Part shown: in pieces, positions 18,102 through 26,858 of the stretch
How the letters are laid out: each line of letters starts with the position of its first letter
Numbering within the stretch: the first letter of the stretch is position 1
Source of the DNA: a virus
IMG/VR virus record: IMGVR_UViG_3300046463_001154
Location: 15,842 to 79,841 of that record
Reading direction: 5' to 3' (one strand)
DNA: 64,000 nt
Notes under the pieces: generated by a model
The model's input: only the letters and a program-made list of their open reading frames with translations
The model's database searches: none
What the model was told of the DNA's origin: nothing
Position numbers and translations under genes: made by a program

Positions 18102-18731
18102 ATGAATCAACCCCTCAATAAGTTCGAGGCAGCGCGCGCTCGTATAACGCACGGCCGTGACGAGGGTCAGGCGAACTTCATCAACACAATCGCTGCCAGT
18201 CTCAACGTCATCGCGTCGGAAGATGTCGCACGACTGCCCGAGGATCTTTTCTCGAAAGTCTTCCTCCCATTGCTCGCCGGCGATACCGAACTGCCGCACA
18301 AGGTCACGGTCGCAGACTGGATCTCGATCGCCGGTACGCCGTACAAGCCCGTCGACGTGTTTGATCCTGCAACCGGTGCGGTGCTGTTCCGGGTACCCCC
18401 TGTATTTGATTACCAGGGGGTGAACCCGGTCCGCGATCCAGCGGACCGGCGCCAAACGCCGATTCAGGATGTCGTGACGCTGGCCGATCAGTATTCGCAT
18501 CTGCACCCGATGGCGGGCGTGAATTATTTGCGCAACGTTTTGGGTCAACGCGCGACGATCATGAACACGAGCGACAAGCTCCGCAAACACGCTGTGGTGT
18601 GGAACGAAATCCTCACGCGTTACGGACGCCCTCCTCTTTTCGCAGCAGAGCAATCTGCCACCACTCCTGCCGCCCCGGCAGCGGGGTCGGTGCCCGCACA
18701 GGGAGATGAGCCCGAGTATGAGGACTTCTGA
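18102..18731 (+). CDS. Conserved hypothetical jumbo-phage protein
   Basis: 209 aa with AAGGAG RBS; WISIAG.PY.PVDV...LFRVPP motif; precedes the sbcD-like gene. Confidence 0.65.
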   Translation: MNQPLNKFEAARARITHGRDEGQANFINTIAASLNVIASEDVARLPEDLFSKVFLPLLAGDTELPHKVTVADWISIAGTPYKPVDVFDPATGAVLFRVPPVFDYQGVNPVRDPADRRQTPIQDVVTLADQYSHLHPMAGVNYLRNVLGQRATIMNTSDKLRKHAVVWNEILTRYGRPPLFAAEQSATTPAAPAAGSVPAQGDEPEYEDF

Positions 18732-19839
18732 CCTCAAGATCGCGACGGTTTCGGACGTGCACCTCGGTGCCAAGCGCACACCGACGCGTGACATTATCAA
18801 GAACCTGAAGGCCGCCTTCCCGGATAACGCGGAGACGGCCGAACTCGACATGATCTGCCTCGTAGGCGACGTGTTCGATACGTTGTTGTCGTTGAATGAC
18901 GAAGATTTGGTAGAGATCGATTTCTGGATCGCTCACCTGCTGCGCCTGTGCAAAAAGCACGAAATCGTGCTGTACGTCCTCGAGGGGACGCCCAGTCACG
19001 ATTGGCGGCAGTCGGAGCGGTTCGTCTCTATCAATGAGATCGCAGGCATTGGCGCTAATCTCAAATATGTTAAAGACATTTCCGTCGAGTACGAACCCTC
19101 CCTGGACATATGGGTTGGGTTCGTACCCGACGAGAGTGCGCCGACAACAGACCAAACTCTTAGCCAAATCTACGACCTGCTCCGAGACAAAGGACTCGAA
19201 CAGGTAGATTTGATGTTCATGCACGGGCAATTCGAGTACCAACTCCCGCCCCACGTCAAAGCACAGAAGCACGATTCGGAAGCGTATCTGCGGATCACGC
19301 GCATGGGTGTGTTCATCGGACACGTCCATATCCAGTCGACCTACAAGTGGATCTACGCGCAGGGTTCCTTTGACCGGCTTGGCCACGGCGAAGAAGAGCC
19401 AAAGGGGCACTTCCGCGCGACCTTCCGTCCGAACGGAGACCGCGATGTCGTTTTCGTGGAGAACACCGGTGCGCGCAAGTTCATCACGGTGTACTGCATG
19501 CACATGTCAGTCGAGGACTCGCTGCTCGAAATCGAGCGTCGTGTGAAGAACTTGCCGGACAACTCGGCGGTGCGTCTGGAAGCCAATCATGACCATCCGC
19601 TTTTCGCGGACATGGATGCGCTGATGCGGATCTATCCGCAGTTTGTCTGGAGCAAGAATCCGAAGGACGCCGATGAGGAGGAGGCCCCGGCGCTCGAAGA
19701 AGGAACGGTGGAGTTCGTGCCTATCACGATCACACGCGAAAACATTGTCGAACTGCTCTCCGAACGCCTCGTAGCCATGGGTGTCTCGGCGGACATGATC
19801 GCCATTGCACAACAGAAAATCAACGAAGTGAGGGGATAA
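18706..19839 (+). CDS. SbcD/Mre11-like metallophosphoesterase nuclease (phiKZ gp65-like)
   Basis: SDVHLG, GDVFD, GTPSHD, MHG, GHVH and QGSFDRL motifs. Confidence 0.9.
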   Translation: MSPSMRTSDLKIATVSDVHLGAKRTPTRDIIKNLKAAFPDNAETAELDMICLVGDVFDTLLSLNDEDLVEIDFWIAHLLRLCKKHEIVLYVLEGTPSHDWRQSERFVSINEIAGIGANLKYVKDISVEYEPSLDIWVGFVPDESAPTTDQTLSQIYDLLRDKGLEQVDLMFMHGQFEYQLPPHVKAQKHDSEAYLRITRMGVFIGHVHIQSTYKWIYAQGSFDRLGHGEEEPKGHFRATFRPNGDRDVVFVENTGARKFITVYCMHMSVEDSLLEIERRVKNLPDNSAVRLEANHDHPLFADMDALMRIYPQFVWSKNPKDADEEEAPALEEGTVEFVPITITRENIVELLSERLVAMGVSADMIAIAQQKINEVRG

Positions 19840-20703
19840 ATGCAGCTGATGAATGCTGGCATTGCCGAGCGTGCTGTTGGTCAGTACCCCCTCTCCGTCG
19901 CCACGTCGCTGGCGATTGAGAGCGCCAACGGAATTCACCCGGAAATCCCGGTCGACTCGCCGCCTATCCTCAAGTACGAGGAGTTGTGGGTCAACCTGAA
20001 GACCTTGTTCCGCAACTTCATTGGTGCGCTCGACAAGGTCACCGCCGGAAGTGTGGTGCCGGAAGAGATCGCCGCGAACCTTGACGATGAGATGGAGCAG
20101 ATCAGCCAGATCATCGCCGAGAGCAGCAGCGGTCGCTGCAAGGTGGTGTTCTATGTGAACAACATGACCAACCTTGCAACACGGTATCGCTACTCCACTC
20201 TGCGTAAGGACAACACGCCGAAGCAGATGGAGTACACGGCCATCCTGAAGAAGACGCTCGCGCTCATGCTGGCTGACAACAAGACCCGGCCGTTGCCGAT
20301 CTTGACGTTCGATCGCCTGCTCAGTCCGCCTCAAGAAGTCACGCCGAAGATTCTGCTGTTGACGCATGTCGCGTACGACCTGCTCTCGGCCAAAAACTTT
20401 CGCAGCGTCACGCTGCTGGAATCGCATACGGGACGACTCAAGGACAGGGCCCTTTGGTACACGAAGTACGCCAACGGTCGTGACCTTGTCATGCTGCCGT
20501 TTCGCGAAGACTTGATGCAGGTCTTCGGCGATAACGAGACGTTTGTTCCGATGCCGATCAAAGTTCGAAAGGAGGTTATCGAGATCGCCAACCGTTTCCA
20601 CTGGACGAGCGTTACCACCACCGACAAGGTGCGCTTGGGACTTGAGTTCATCCAGGACCCGCTCACACGGGAAATCTTGAAGAGCATCGTAACCAGTCAA
20701 TAG
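19840..20703 (+). CDS. Conserved core protein (phiKZ gp66-like)
   Basis: 287 aa; LWVNLKTLFRN and LLESHTGRLK...WYTK; lies between sbcD and chmC. Confidence 0.6.
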   Translation: MQLMNAGIAERAVGQYPLSVATSLAIESANGIHPEIPVDSPPILKYEELWVNLKTLFRNFIGALDKVTAGSVVPEEIAANLDDEMEQISQIIAESSSGRCKVVFYVNNMTNLATRYRYSTLRKDNTPKQMEYTAILKKTLALMLADNKTRPLPILTFDRLLSPPQEVTPKILLLTHVAYDLLSAKNFRSVTLLESHTGRLKDRALWYTKYANGRDLVMLPFREDLMQVFGDNETFVPMPIKVRKEVIEIANRFHWTSVTTTDKVRLGLEFIQDPLTREILKSIVTSQ

Positions 20704-20789
20704 GTGCGGGGAAACACGATTCGACTGGGGATTTTTTATTCATCGTGGGTATCGTTTGTCACCCCACAGAACATCGGATTACAAAGAAA

Positions 20790-21521
20790 ATGAGCGACTT
20801 CCGCAAAGAACGAAAGAAGATTGCCTTCGACAATCGCAAGCTGCACCTGTCGACTCCCTGCCCCACGGCGAAGGGGAAGTGGTCGAGCCTGCAGGTCAAT
20901 CTCTTCTCGAACAATCCCCGCATCACGGTCTACACCAACGACCCGGACGATCAGGGCGAATCGAAGCAGTACGGCAAGATCACCGCGAACCTGGATGCAC
21001 AAGTCTTCTTCGTGTTCCTCGGCAAGCTGACCGAAATCATCAACGGTCCCGCTGGCGTTGAAGACAAGGTGAAGATCGAAAACAAGAACTTCATCTTCCC
21101 GGGCGGCAAGCGCAGCGAATCGCCGGTCGTCCAGTCCGAACTCCATTTCGGTAAGGACGCTGAAGGCGTTGTGTGGGTGTCTGTCACCGCGCGTGATCGG
21201 CCCCGCATCAAGTTCGCATTCGGTCGCAGCGACTTCCACACGCTCTTCCACAAGTCGGGCGAGCAATACAGCGCCGGCGAAGCATCGGTTCTCTTCGCGC
21301 GCGGCTGGGTGCGCATCATGGAAAACATGATGACCCACTTGCTCGTGACGGAATGGGTCGAGCCCGAGAAGAAGGACAACGGTAACCGCGGCGGTGGCGG
21401 CGGCGGTGGCTTCAACCGTAACAACGGTGGTGGCAATCGTGGCAACAGCTACGGCGGTGGCGCTGCCGGCGGTGGCGGTGGCGGTTCGACCGAAGAAGTG
21501 TCGGACGACATTCCCTGGTAA
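20790..21521 (+). CDS. chmC: Phage-nucleus-associated nucleic-acid-binding protein ChmC (phiKZ gp67-like)
   Basis: 243 aa; beta-rich core with a Gly/Asn/Arg-rich tail ending DDIPW; directly upstream of the sigma-like and PicA genes. Confidence 0.7.
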   Translation: MSDFRKERKKIAFDNRKLHLSTPCPTAKGKWSSLQVNLFSNNPRITVYTNDPDDQGESKQYGKITANLDAQVFFVFLGKLTEIINGPAGVEDKVKIENKNFIFPGGKRSESPVVQSELHFGKDAEGVVWVSVTARDRPRIKFAFGRSDFHTLFHKSGEQYSAGEASVLFARGWVRIMENMMTHLLVTEWVEPEKKDNGNRGGGGGGGFNRNNGGGNRGNSYGGGAAGGGGGGSTEEVSDDIPW

Positions 21522-21627
21522 GTAGGTGCAAGGCAGTTGAAATGCAGAGTTAGTTGAGGAACCGGTCAGGCTTACAGAGCTTGGCCGGTTCTTTGACCCC
21601 AGACCGCATTGAAACTGGCTTCGGTGA

Positions 21628-21644
21628 TATATCACCACCCTGAA
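21628..21644 (+). promoter_or_regulatory. Putative early promoter
   Basis: TATATCAC-caccc-TGAA. Confidence 0.65.
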
Positions 21645-21679
21645 GCTTTAGAGTTAGGTGCTCCTTAGGAGATTGAGTT

Positions 21680-23242
21680 TTGGAACTGCAAATCAGCAAA
21701 ATCGGTCTGGTCGACAACAGTCGGACCGAGGTGACACTTACGCATCAGGGACAAAGTATCGATTGGAATATTTCGGAATTCAAAGGCATAATTAAGGATC
21801 TCGAATATGACATCTTCGAGCAGATCAACGCGTTCTGGAAGCATCTGCCGATGGAGCGGCAGAACGAGATTTTTGCGATCTACCGTCAGCTGAAGGACGT
21901 GTTCGGGATGTACTACGGCACGAGCCAACTGACCCTCTATTTGTACGAATTGGTGGCCAAGCTTTACCAGCTGCACGAGCTCGAAGACGTCAAGCACTGG
22001 ATCGACTTCCGCGCGAACATCTACTACCCGGCTGACCTCAAAGAGCATTTCGTCATGCACGAGATGCCGGGCACGCGTGAAGGCACGTATCTCCGTGAAG
22101 ACTACGGTTGGCTTATCGCAATCTCTGTCGCGCTGCGCGTGATTTTCCCGATCTGGGGCGAATTCATCGCGCAAGTGAAGGAAGAGTGCGGGACTAACTG
22201 GAAAGAGTTTCACGCGTATCAACTGCTGTCGCAAACGCGCATGGCGCAATCGCCGCACATGGAGCGGCTGCGCACGTACGTTGAGTCGATGATCCCGAGC
22301 GATCCCAAGAAGATGGATGTCGCCAATAGTGCGCACATTTTCAAGGGCATTAGCGTCGAAGACTTTCCTGCGTTGATCATGGGTCAGGTGCTCGTTCGCA
22401 AGCTCGCCTTTGGCGACGTGCGCGGCGTGGATCCGAACTCGCACTTGGTGAGCCGCATCTTCAACTTCATCAAGTACAAGACGCGCGGCGGTTCCGATAG
22501 CGGTTTCAGCGGAATCGTGAAAGAAAAGAAAGTCGAGGGTCAGAACCAAGACACCGAGAACCAGCAGTCGAAACTCGAAAGCTGCAAGGTTAAGTTGCCC
22601 GTTGCGGAAGGCAAGATCGCGCCCATCCGCATGTATGCGCGCGACATGCGTCACATCGTCAAGCAGATTGCCCCGGACATGCCGCCGGAGTATCTGGAGA
22701 TGTCGTTCGAATCCGTGAAAGCGCTCGAGAACGAGATCCATTTCAAGCCGCAGACTCTGCTCGTGATGTACGCGCTCCGGAGTCAAAAGCAGCTACAACC
22801 GCGTGGTATCCATCACCTGAAGATCTCCTCCAAGCTTCAGGCGGTCGCTGCTGCGCAAGCCATTTATTGGCACAAGGGCTATCCCGAGCTCGCCGGCCTC
22901 GTGAGTGCAATCGCACGATCGAACGAGGACGTGATGCATCTGACGAGTACCGATTCGAAGGCGAAAATCCCCACGCCGATGATCGAGCAACTCGCAGCGC
23001 TCTACAAGCATCCGCGGCGTCAGCCCGGTAAGCAAAAAGCACCCCGACTTCCGACCTCTGCCGAGATCGCGATTGACCTTGTCTCGAAGCAGCTGAGCGA
23101 GCACGACTGGCGACTCACGTTGCCTGCCGAATGGGTTGGTCAACTCACTGGTAACCAGCACGACCGTTTCTACGCCGTGCCCGGCAACATCAAAATTAAA
23201 CTTGCGCAACTATCAATTGCGCTCGCATCAAGGAGTTTCTAA
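21680..23242 (+). CDS. Non-virion RNAP sigma-like subunit (phiKZ gp68-like)
   Basis: 520 aa, TTG start with AGGAG RBS; size and position between chmC and picA match. Confidence 0.7.
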   Translation: MELQISKIGLVDNSRTEVTLTHQGQSIDWNISEFKGIIKDLEYDIFEQINAFWKHLPMERQNEIFAIYRQLKDVFGMYYGTSQLTLYLYELVAKLYQLHELEDVKHWIDFRANIYYPADLKEHFVMHEMPGTREGTYLREDYGWLIAISVALRVIFPIWGEFIAQVKEECGTNWKEFHAYQLLSQTRMAQSPHMERLRTYVESMIPSDPKKMDVANSAHIFKGISVEDFPALIMGQVLVRKLAFGDVRGVDPNSHLVSRIFNFIKYKTRGGSDSGFSGIVKEKKVEGQNQDTENQQSKLESCKVKLPVAEGKIAPIRMYARDMRHIVKQIAPDMPPEYLEMSFESVKALENEIHFKPQTLLVMYALRSQKQLQPRGIHHLKISSKLQAVAAAQAIYWHKGYPELAGLVSAIARSNEDVMHLTSTDSKAKIPTPMIEQLAALYKHPRRQPGKQKAPRLPTSAEIAIDLVSKQLSEHDWRLTLPAEWVGQLTGNQHDRFYAVPGNIKIKLAQLSIALASRSF

Positions 23243-23244
23243 TA

Positions 23245-24753
23245 ATGAACGCATCCGCCCGCATGCACGTCAAACGCCTGTTCCTGATGGAGACCGGCAC
23301 CTACAACACGCAGTATCGTCGTCCTTACGAGACGAACCTTCAGGGCCATACGCTCAACCAGCTCGGTGAGGCGCTGGCTGGTACGCAGAAGTACACGCCG
23401 GCGCTGTTGGCAGGTGTGGCGAATCAGGTGATCGCGCCGTCGGCCACGGCCGAACAAGCGGCCGGCATTGTGAACGGCTGGAACGAGCGCCGCATGCGTT
23501 TCATGATGGAAGTGGAAACGAAGTTTATGGCGGGCGGCACGTCCACGAGCATCATCTTGGGCTACACGAACTATCCCGGCGTGATCTTCCAGACGCGGGC
23601 TATTGACCCGAGAATGGAATTCTTCGTGAACTCCATCGTCACCGTTCGCACCACGCTCGAACATACGCCGTTCGGAAATCAGGCGTACACGAATGTCGCC
23701 GAGAATGCACACGTACTCGTGGACCCGTCATTCATCGACGCTTACACACCGAACCGGACTCACCGCATGCGTCCGGAAGATGTGTACTCGACGATGCAGC
23801 TGAACCATCTTTCCGGCCTGGGCGATGTGGTCGATTGCCGTACGGTGTTGTCGGGAACCCCCGTCGCGTCACGTCGGGGCAACAACCTCGCAGCGGACTA
23901 CGCAGCGAGCCTCCTCGACAACTACAAGAAGGCGACCGTGGACAACGCGTTCGGCGTGCAGCAAGAAACCGATGTGCTGGAGACCGCACGCGGCTTTGCG
24001 CAAGAACAGCCGCTCGGCTACAACTCGTTCTTTTCGGCGATGACCAAGTTCCGGGACGGCGTCGTGTCGAACTTCTTCACGTGGCAAGATCTGCAGCGCT
24101 TCGATCCGAATGTCGACAACGTGACGGTCGTCGCGGCAACTGGGCAAACGAACCACGCGGCACCGGCGCTGGGTGAGGTGCACGTCGCAGGCTCCGGCAT
24201 GTCGCAGGATTGGGGCGGATCGGATCGCCTCACGCAAGTAGCGACCATTCTCAGCCAGGCAGTTCCGGCATTGATGATGGAGCTCACGTTGACGCAGATC
24301 GCGTTCACCACGACCAACCGTCGGGTATTGGCCGGCGCGATGCACACGGGTCTTTCGCTGGATTCCAGTTCTCCGGTTAATACGGTCATCGGCAATGCGG
24401 AGGGTTTCAGCTCGAACGACCTGGGTCCGTATCTGCAGCACTTCATCGTGAAGCTCGAGCACATGGTCCTGAACGACATCTCGTTCAAGAATGCCGTCGA
24501 CTTCTACATCGAAATGCGTGCCGACCTGCTGGGCGAGACATGGATCAAGATTTCGCTCGACGGAGGTCCGCTGATCGATTACGTAACGCCGAGCTTCGCG
24601 GACGCCCTGATGGTGCCCGTCATCACGAACAACGAGAACCTCAACATGCAGCTCTCACGCGACTTCGAACAGGTGTTCCATCACCTGAACGACCACGCCG
24701 GGATGCCCGGAACGTCGGAAGGACTCGCAACGCCGCAGTTCGGTCTCATCTAA
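23245..24753 (+). CDS. picA: Phage nuclear protein-import factor PicA/Imp1 (phiKZ gp69-like)
   Basis: 502 aa; N-terminal ETGTYNTQYRRPYET; position after the gp68-like gene. Confidence 0.7.
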   Translation: MNASARMHVKRLFLMETGTYNTQYRRPYETNLQGHTLNQLGEALAGTQKYTPALLAGVANQVIAPSATAEQAAGIVNGWNERRMRFMMEVETKFMAGGTSTSIILGYTNYPGVIFQTRAIDPRMEFFVNSIVTVRTTLEHTPFGNQAYTNVAENAHVLVDPSFIDAYTPNRTHRMRPEDVYSTMQLNHLSGLGDVVDCRTVLSGTPVASRRGNNLAADYAASLLDNYKKATVDNAFGVQQETDVLETARGFAQEQPLGYNSFFSAMTKFRDGVVSNFFTWQDLQRFDPNVDNVTVVAATGQTNHAAPALGEVHVAGSGMSQDWGGSDRLTQVATILSQAVPALMMELTLTQIAFTTTNRRVLAGAMHTGLSLDSSSPVNTVIGNAEGFSSNDLGPYLQHFIVKLEHMVLNDISFKNAVDFYIEMRADLLGETWIKISLDGGPLIDYVTPSFADALMVPVITNNENLNMQLSRDFEQVFHHLNDHAGMPGTSEGLATPQFGLI

Positions 24754-24789
24754 CAAGGAAGGGGCTCGCCAACGAGCCCTGAATAAACC

Positions 24790-26301
24790 ATGACAAGTCC
24801 CAATCTGATCGATCTGTACAAGTGGCTCATGCAGACCGCGAACCTGGTCGTCACAAGCGACAACCTGGTGTCCGGGAAGCTCATGAAGCAGGCGATGCCT
24901 GTTCTGATCAAGGGCAAGCGTCTCGCGCTGCCGACGCCGGAGCACCTCGCGAATCCGGACAAGAGCCAGATCGTACTGTTCCACCCGCTGGCAGAATCGA
25001 TCACGCGCGGCGAATCCGAAGTGCTCGAGAAGTTCCGGGCACTGCTGATGGTGCGCTTCAACTTGGTCGCGGCCGAGCTGATGCTGCAATTGATCTCCAT
25101 CGCAATCTCGACGGACCTGCACGCGCAGCTTGCACCCGATCAGTCGGAATTCCTGTCGAAGGTGAAGAACGCCGATGACAAGACCTACGACTTGTTCAAG
25201 AAGGTGCTGGCAGCAATGCCGTCCGATCAGACCGCGCGTCGCATCATCACCATCTTCCTCAAGAAGACGGGCTCGGTCGGCGGAAAGCGTCACAAGCGTG
25301 TCGGTGTCGTGACCTTCCCGCTGTATCAGGAACTCAAGAAAGACGGCAACGACATCTACGGTATCAAGTGCCGCGTGAAGGACAAGGAGACGCTGGTCGC
25401 ACTGATGGAATTCATGTTCCCTCAGATCGACGTCGAAGGTTCATATCACCGTGGATCGGATTCGGACGTAGCACCGAACCTGGATGCGCTGATGCAGGCT
25501 TCGCTCGCCGTGATTGCGCCGTTGAACGACTTGACGACCACTTTCGAGAATCAGCTCGGTGACGAAACCAACCCGGGATCTGACCTGATGATCAACTGCG
25601 AGTGGGAGCGCACCTTCGACAACCTGGGCGTGATGCTGTCGGAAATCCGCAAGGTTCCGATGCAAGCGGGCAACGAGGGATCGTCGGGCGAACCGCCGGT
25701 GACCACGCAACCCGCAGCTGCGACGGTGCCTGCTTCGTATCCGCAACCGACGCAATCTGCAGCACCTGCTCCGGTCGTGCATGCTGCGCCGGCACCGGCA
25801 CCTGCCCCCGTTGCCGCACCGATCGCAGCACAGCCGGTCGCCACCACGCCTGTGAACCGTCAGCCTCTCGACGGATTCCTCGCTCAGCGCGAAGTAGAAC
25901 GCATGATGCATCAGCAACATCAGCAAGCGTGGATGGCAGCAACGCATCAGGCTCCGGTTTCACCGCCACCGCATCAGCCGGTCTATCAACAGCCGACCGT
26001 TACGAATGGCTTCTACCCGAACGCAGCGATGCAACCCCCTGTACCGCAGCAGCAGCAGCCGCACATCGTGCACACGGGTCGTGGGCTGGACTTCAACTCG
26101 GTGTTGGCCTCGAATCCGTCCGTTGCCTATGCGACCGGTGGTTATCCGGCCCAGCATCAGCAAGTCCCCGCTCAGCCGCAAGGGTCGCGTTGGGCACAGC
26201 AACAGAGCCAGCCGATGTATCCGCAGCAACCGGCGTATCCGCAGCAAGGGTACCCGCAGCAAGGGGGTTACTTCCCGCCCCAGAATGGCCGCTTGGTCTA
26301 A
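24790..26301 (+). CDS. Conserved core protein with a Pro/Gln-rich disordered C-terminus (phiKZ gp70-like)
   Basis: 503 aa; LFHPLAESITRGESEV motif; low-complexity tail of about 200 aa. Confidence 0.65.
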   Translation: MTSPNLIDLYKWLMQTANLVVTSDNLVSGKLMKQAMPVLIKGKRLALPTPEHLANPDKSQIVLFHPLAESITRGESEVLEKFRALLMVRFNLVAAELMLQLISIAISTDLHAQLAPDQSEFLSKVKNADDKTYDLFKKVLAAMPSDQTARRIITIFLKKTGSVGGKRHKRVGVVTFPLYQELKKDGNDIYGIKCRVKDKETLVALMEFMFPQIDVEGSYHRGSDSDVAPNLDALMQASLAVIAPLNDLTTTFENQLGDETNPGSDLMINCEWERTFDNLGVMLSEIRKVPMQAGNEGSSGEPPVTTQPAAATVPASYPQPTQSAAPAPVVHAAPAPAPAPVAAPIAAQPVATTPVNRQPLDGFLAQREVERMMHQQHQQAWMAATHQAPVSPPPHQPVYQQPTVTNGFYPNAAMQPPVPQQQQPHIVHTGRGLDFNSVLASNPSVAYATGGYPAQHQQVPAQPQGSRWAQQQSQPMYPQQPAYPQQGYPQQGGYFPPQNGRLV

Positions 26302-26310
26302 ACCGGACCT

Positions 26311-26367
26311 GACGGCATAAGCCGGAGAAGAGAGCTCACGCCCTCTTCTCCGACTCTTTCTTTTTTT
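26311..26367. terminator. Terminator between convergent genes
   Basis: cggagaagag...ctcttctccg hairpin, T-run on the + side and GACGGCATA on the left. Confidence 0.7.
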
Positions 26368-26370
26368 GCG

Positions 26371-26739
26371 TTACGACGTCAAGACATTGCTGGTCATGTA
26401 GGCGGAACGCAGTTGTTCGAGGACAACGTTTGACGGAATAAGTAGTTGGGTAACGCTGGCGACAAACTCCGCCGGTGATGAAAAGTTGTTCATCCGCATG
26501 GTCACCCAATGAAACTGCGGCTGCAGATTCATTACCTGCAAGAAGCCAAAGAGATCCTGATCGTTCTGCCAGGCGGCCTGTGGGGTCACCACCATGATGC
26601 GCGTCGACTGATGTTGGCGCAGATAGGTCATGTGGTCCTCGAGCACCTGGCGAAAGCCGTCCGTGTAATAGACGGAGGGGCCGGGATCGAACATGAGGGC
26701 GTTAATCGCGTTGCTGGAAGTGCTGGAAGTCAAGGCCAT
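26371..26739 (-). CDS. Small conserved protein, LysM/baseplate-wedge (T4 gp53)-like
   Basis: HWVTMRMNNFSSP...LLIP pattern resembles LysM-type wedge proteins. Confidence 0.45.
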   Translation of the reverse strand: MALTSSTSSNAINALMFDPGPSVYYTDGFRQVLEDHMTYLRQHQSTRIMVVTPQAAWQNDQDLFGFLQVMNLQPQFHWVTMRMNNFSSPAEFVASVTQLLIPSNVVLEQLRSAYMTSNVLTS

Positions 26740-26772
26740 TGTTAGAAATCCGTCTCAAAAGAATCACGGTTA

Positions 26773-26789
26773 CATATCACTACTCTGAA
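26773..26789 (+). promoter_or_regulatory. Putative early promoter of the nvRNAP beta/beta'/helicase operon
   Basis: CATATCAC-tactc-TGAA. Confidence 0.65.
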
Positions 26790-26858
26790 GCGGCGCAGCT
26801 GCTTTATCAGAGTGGAAAACACTGATAACAAATTCAAGCATCTTCACAAGGAATACGC

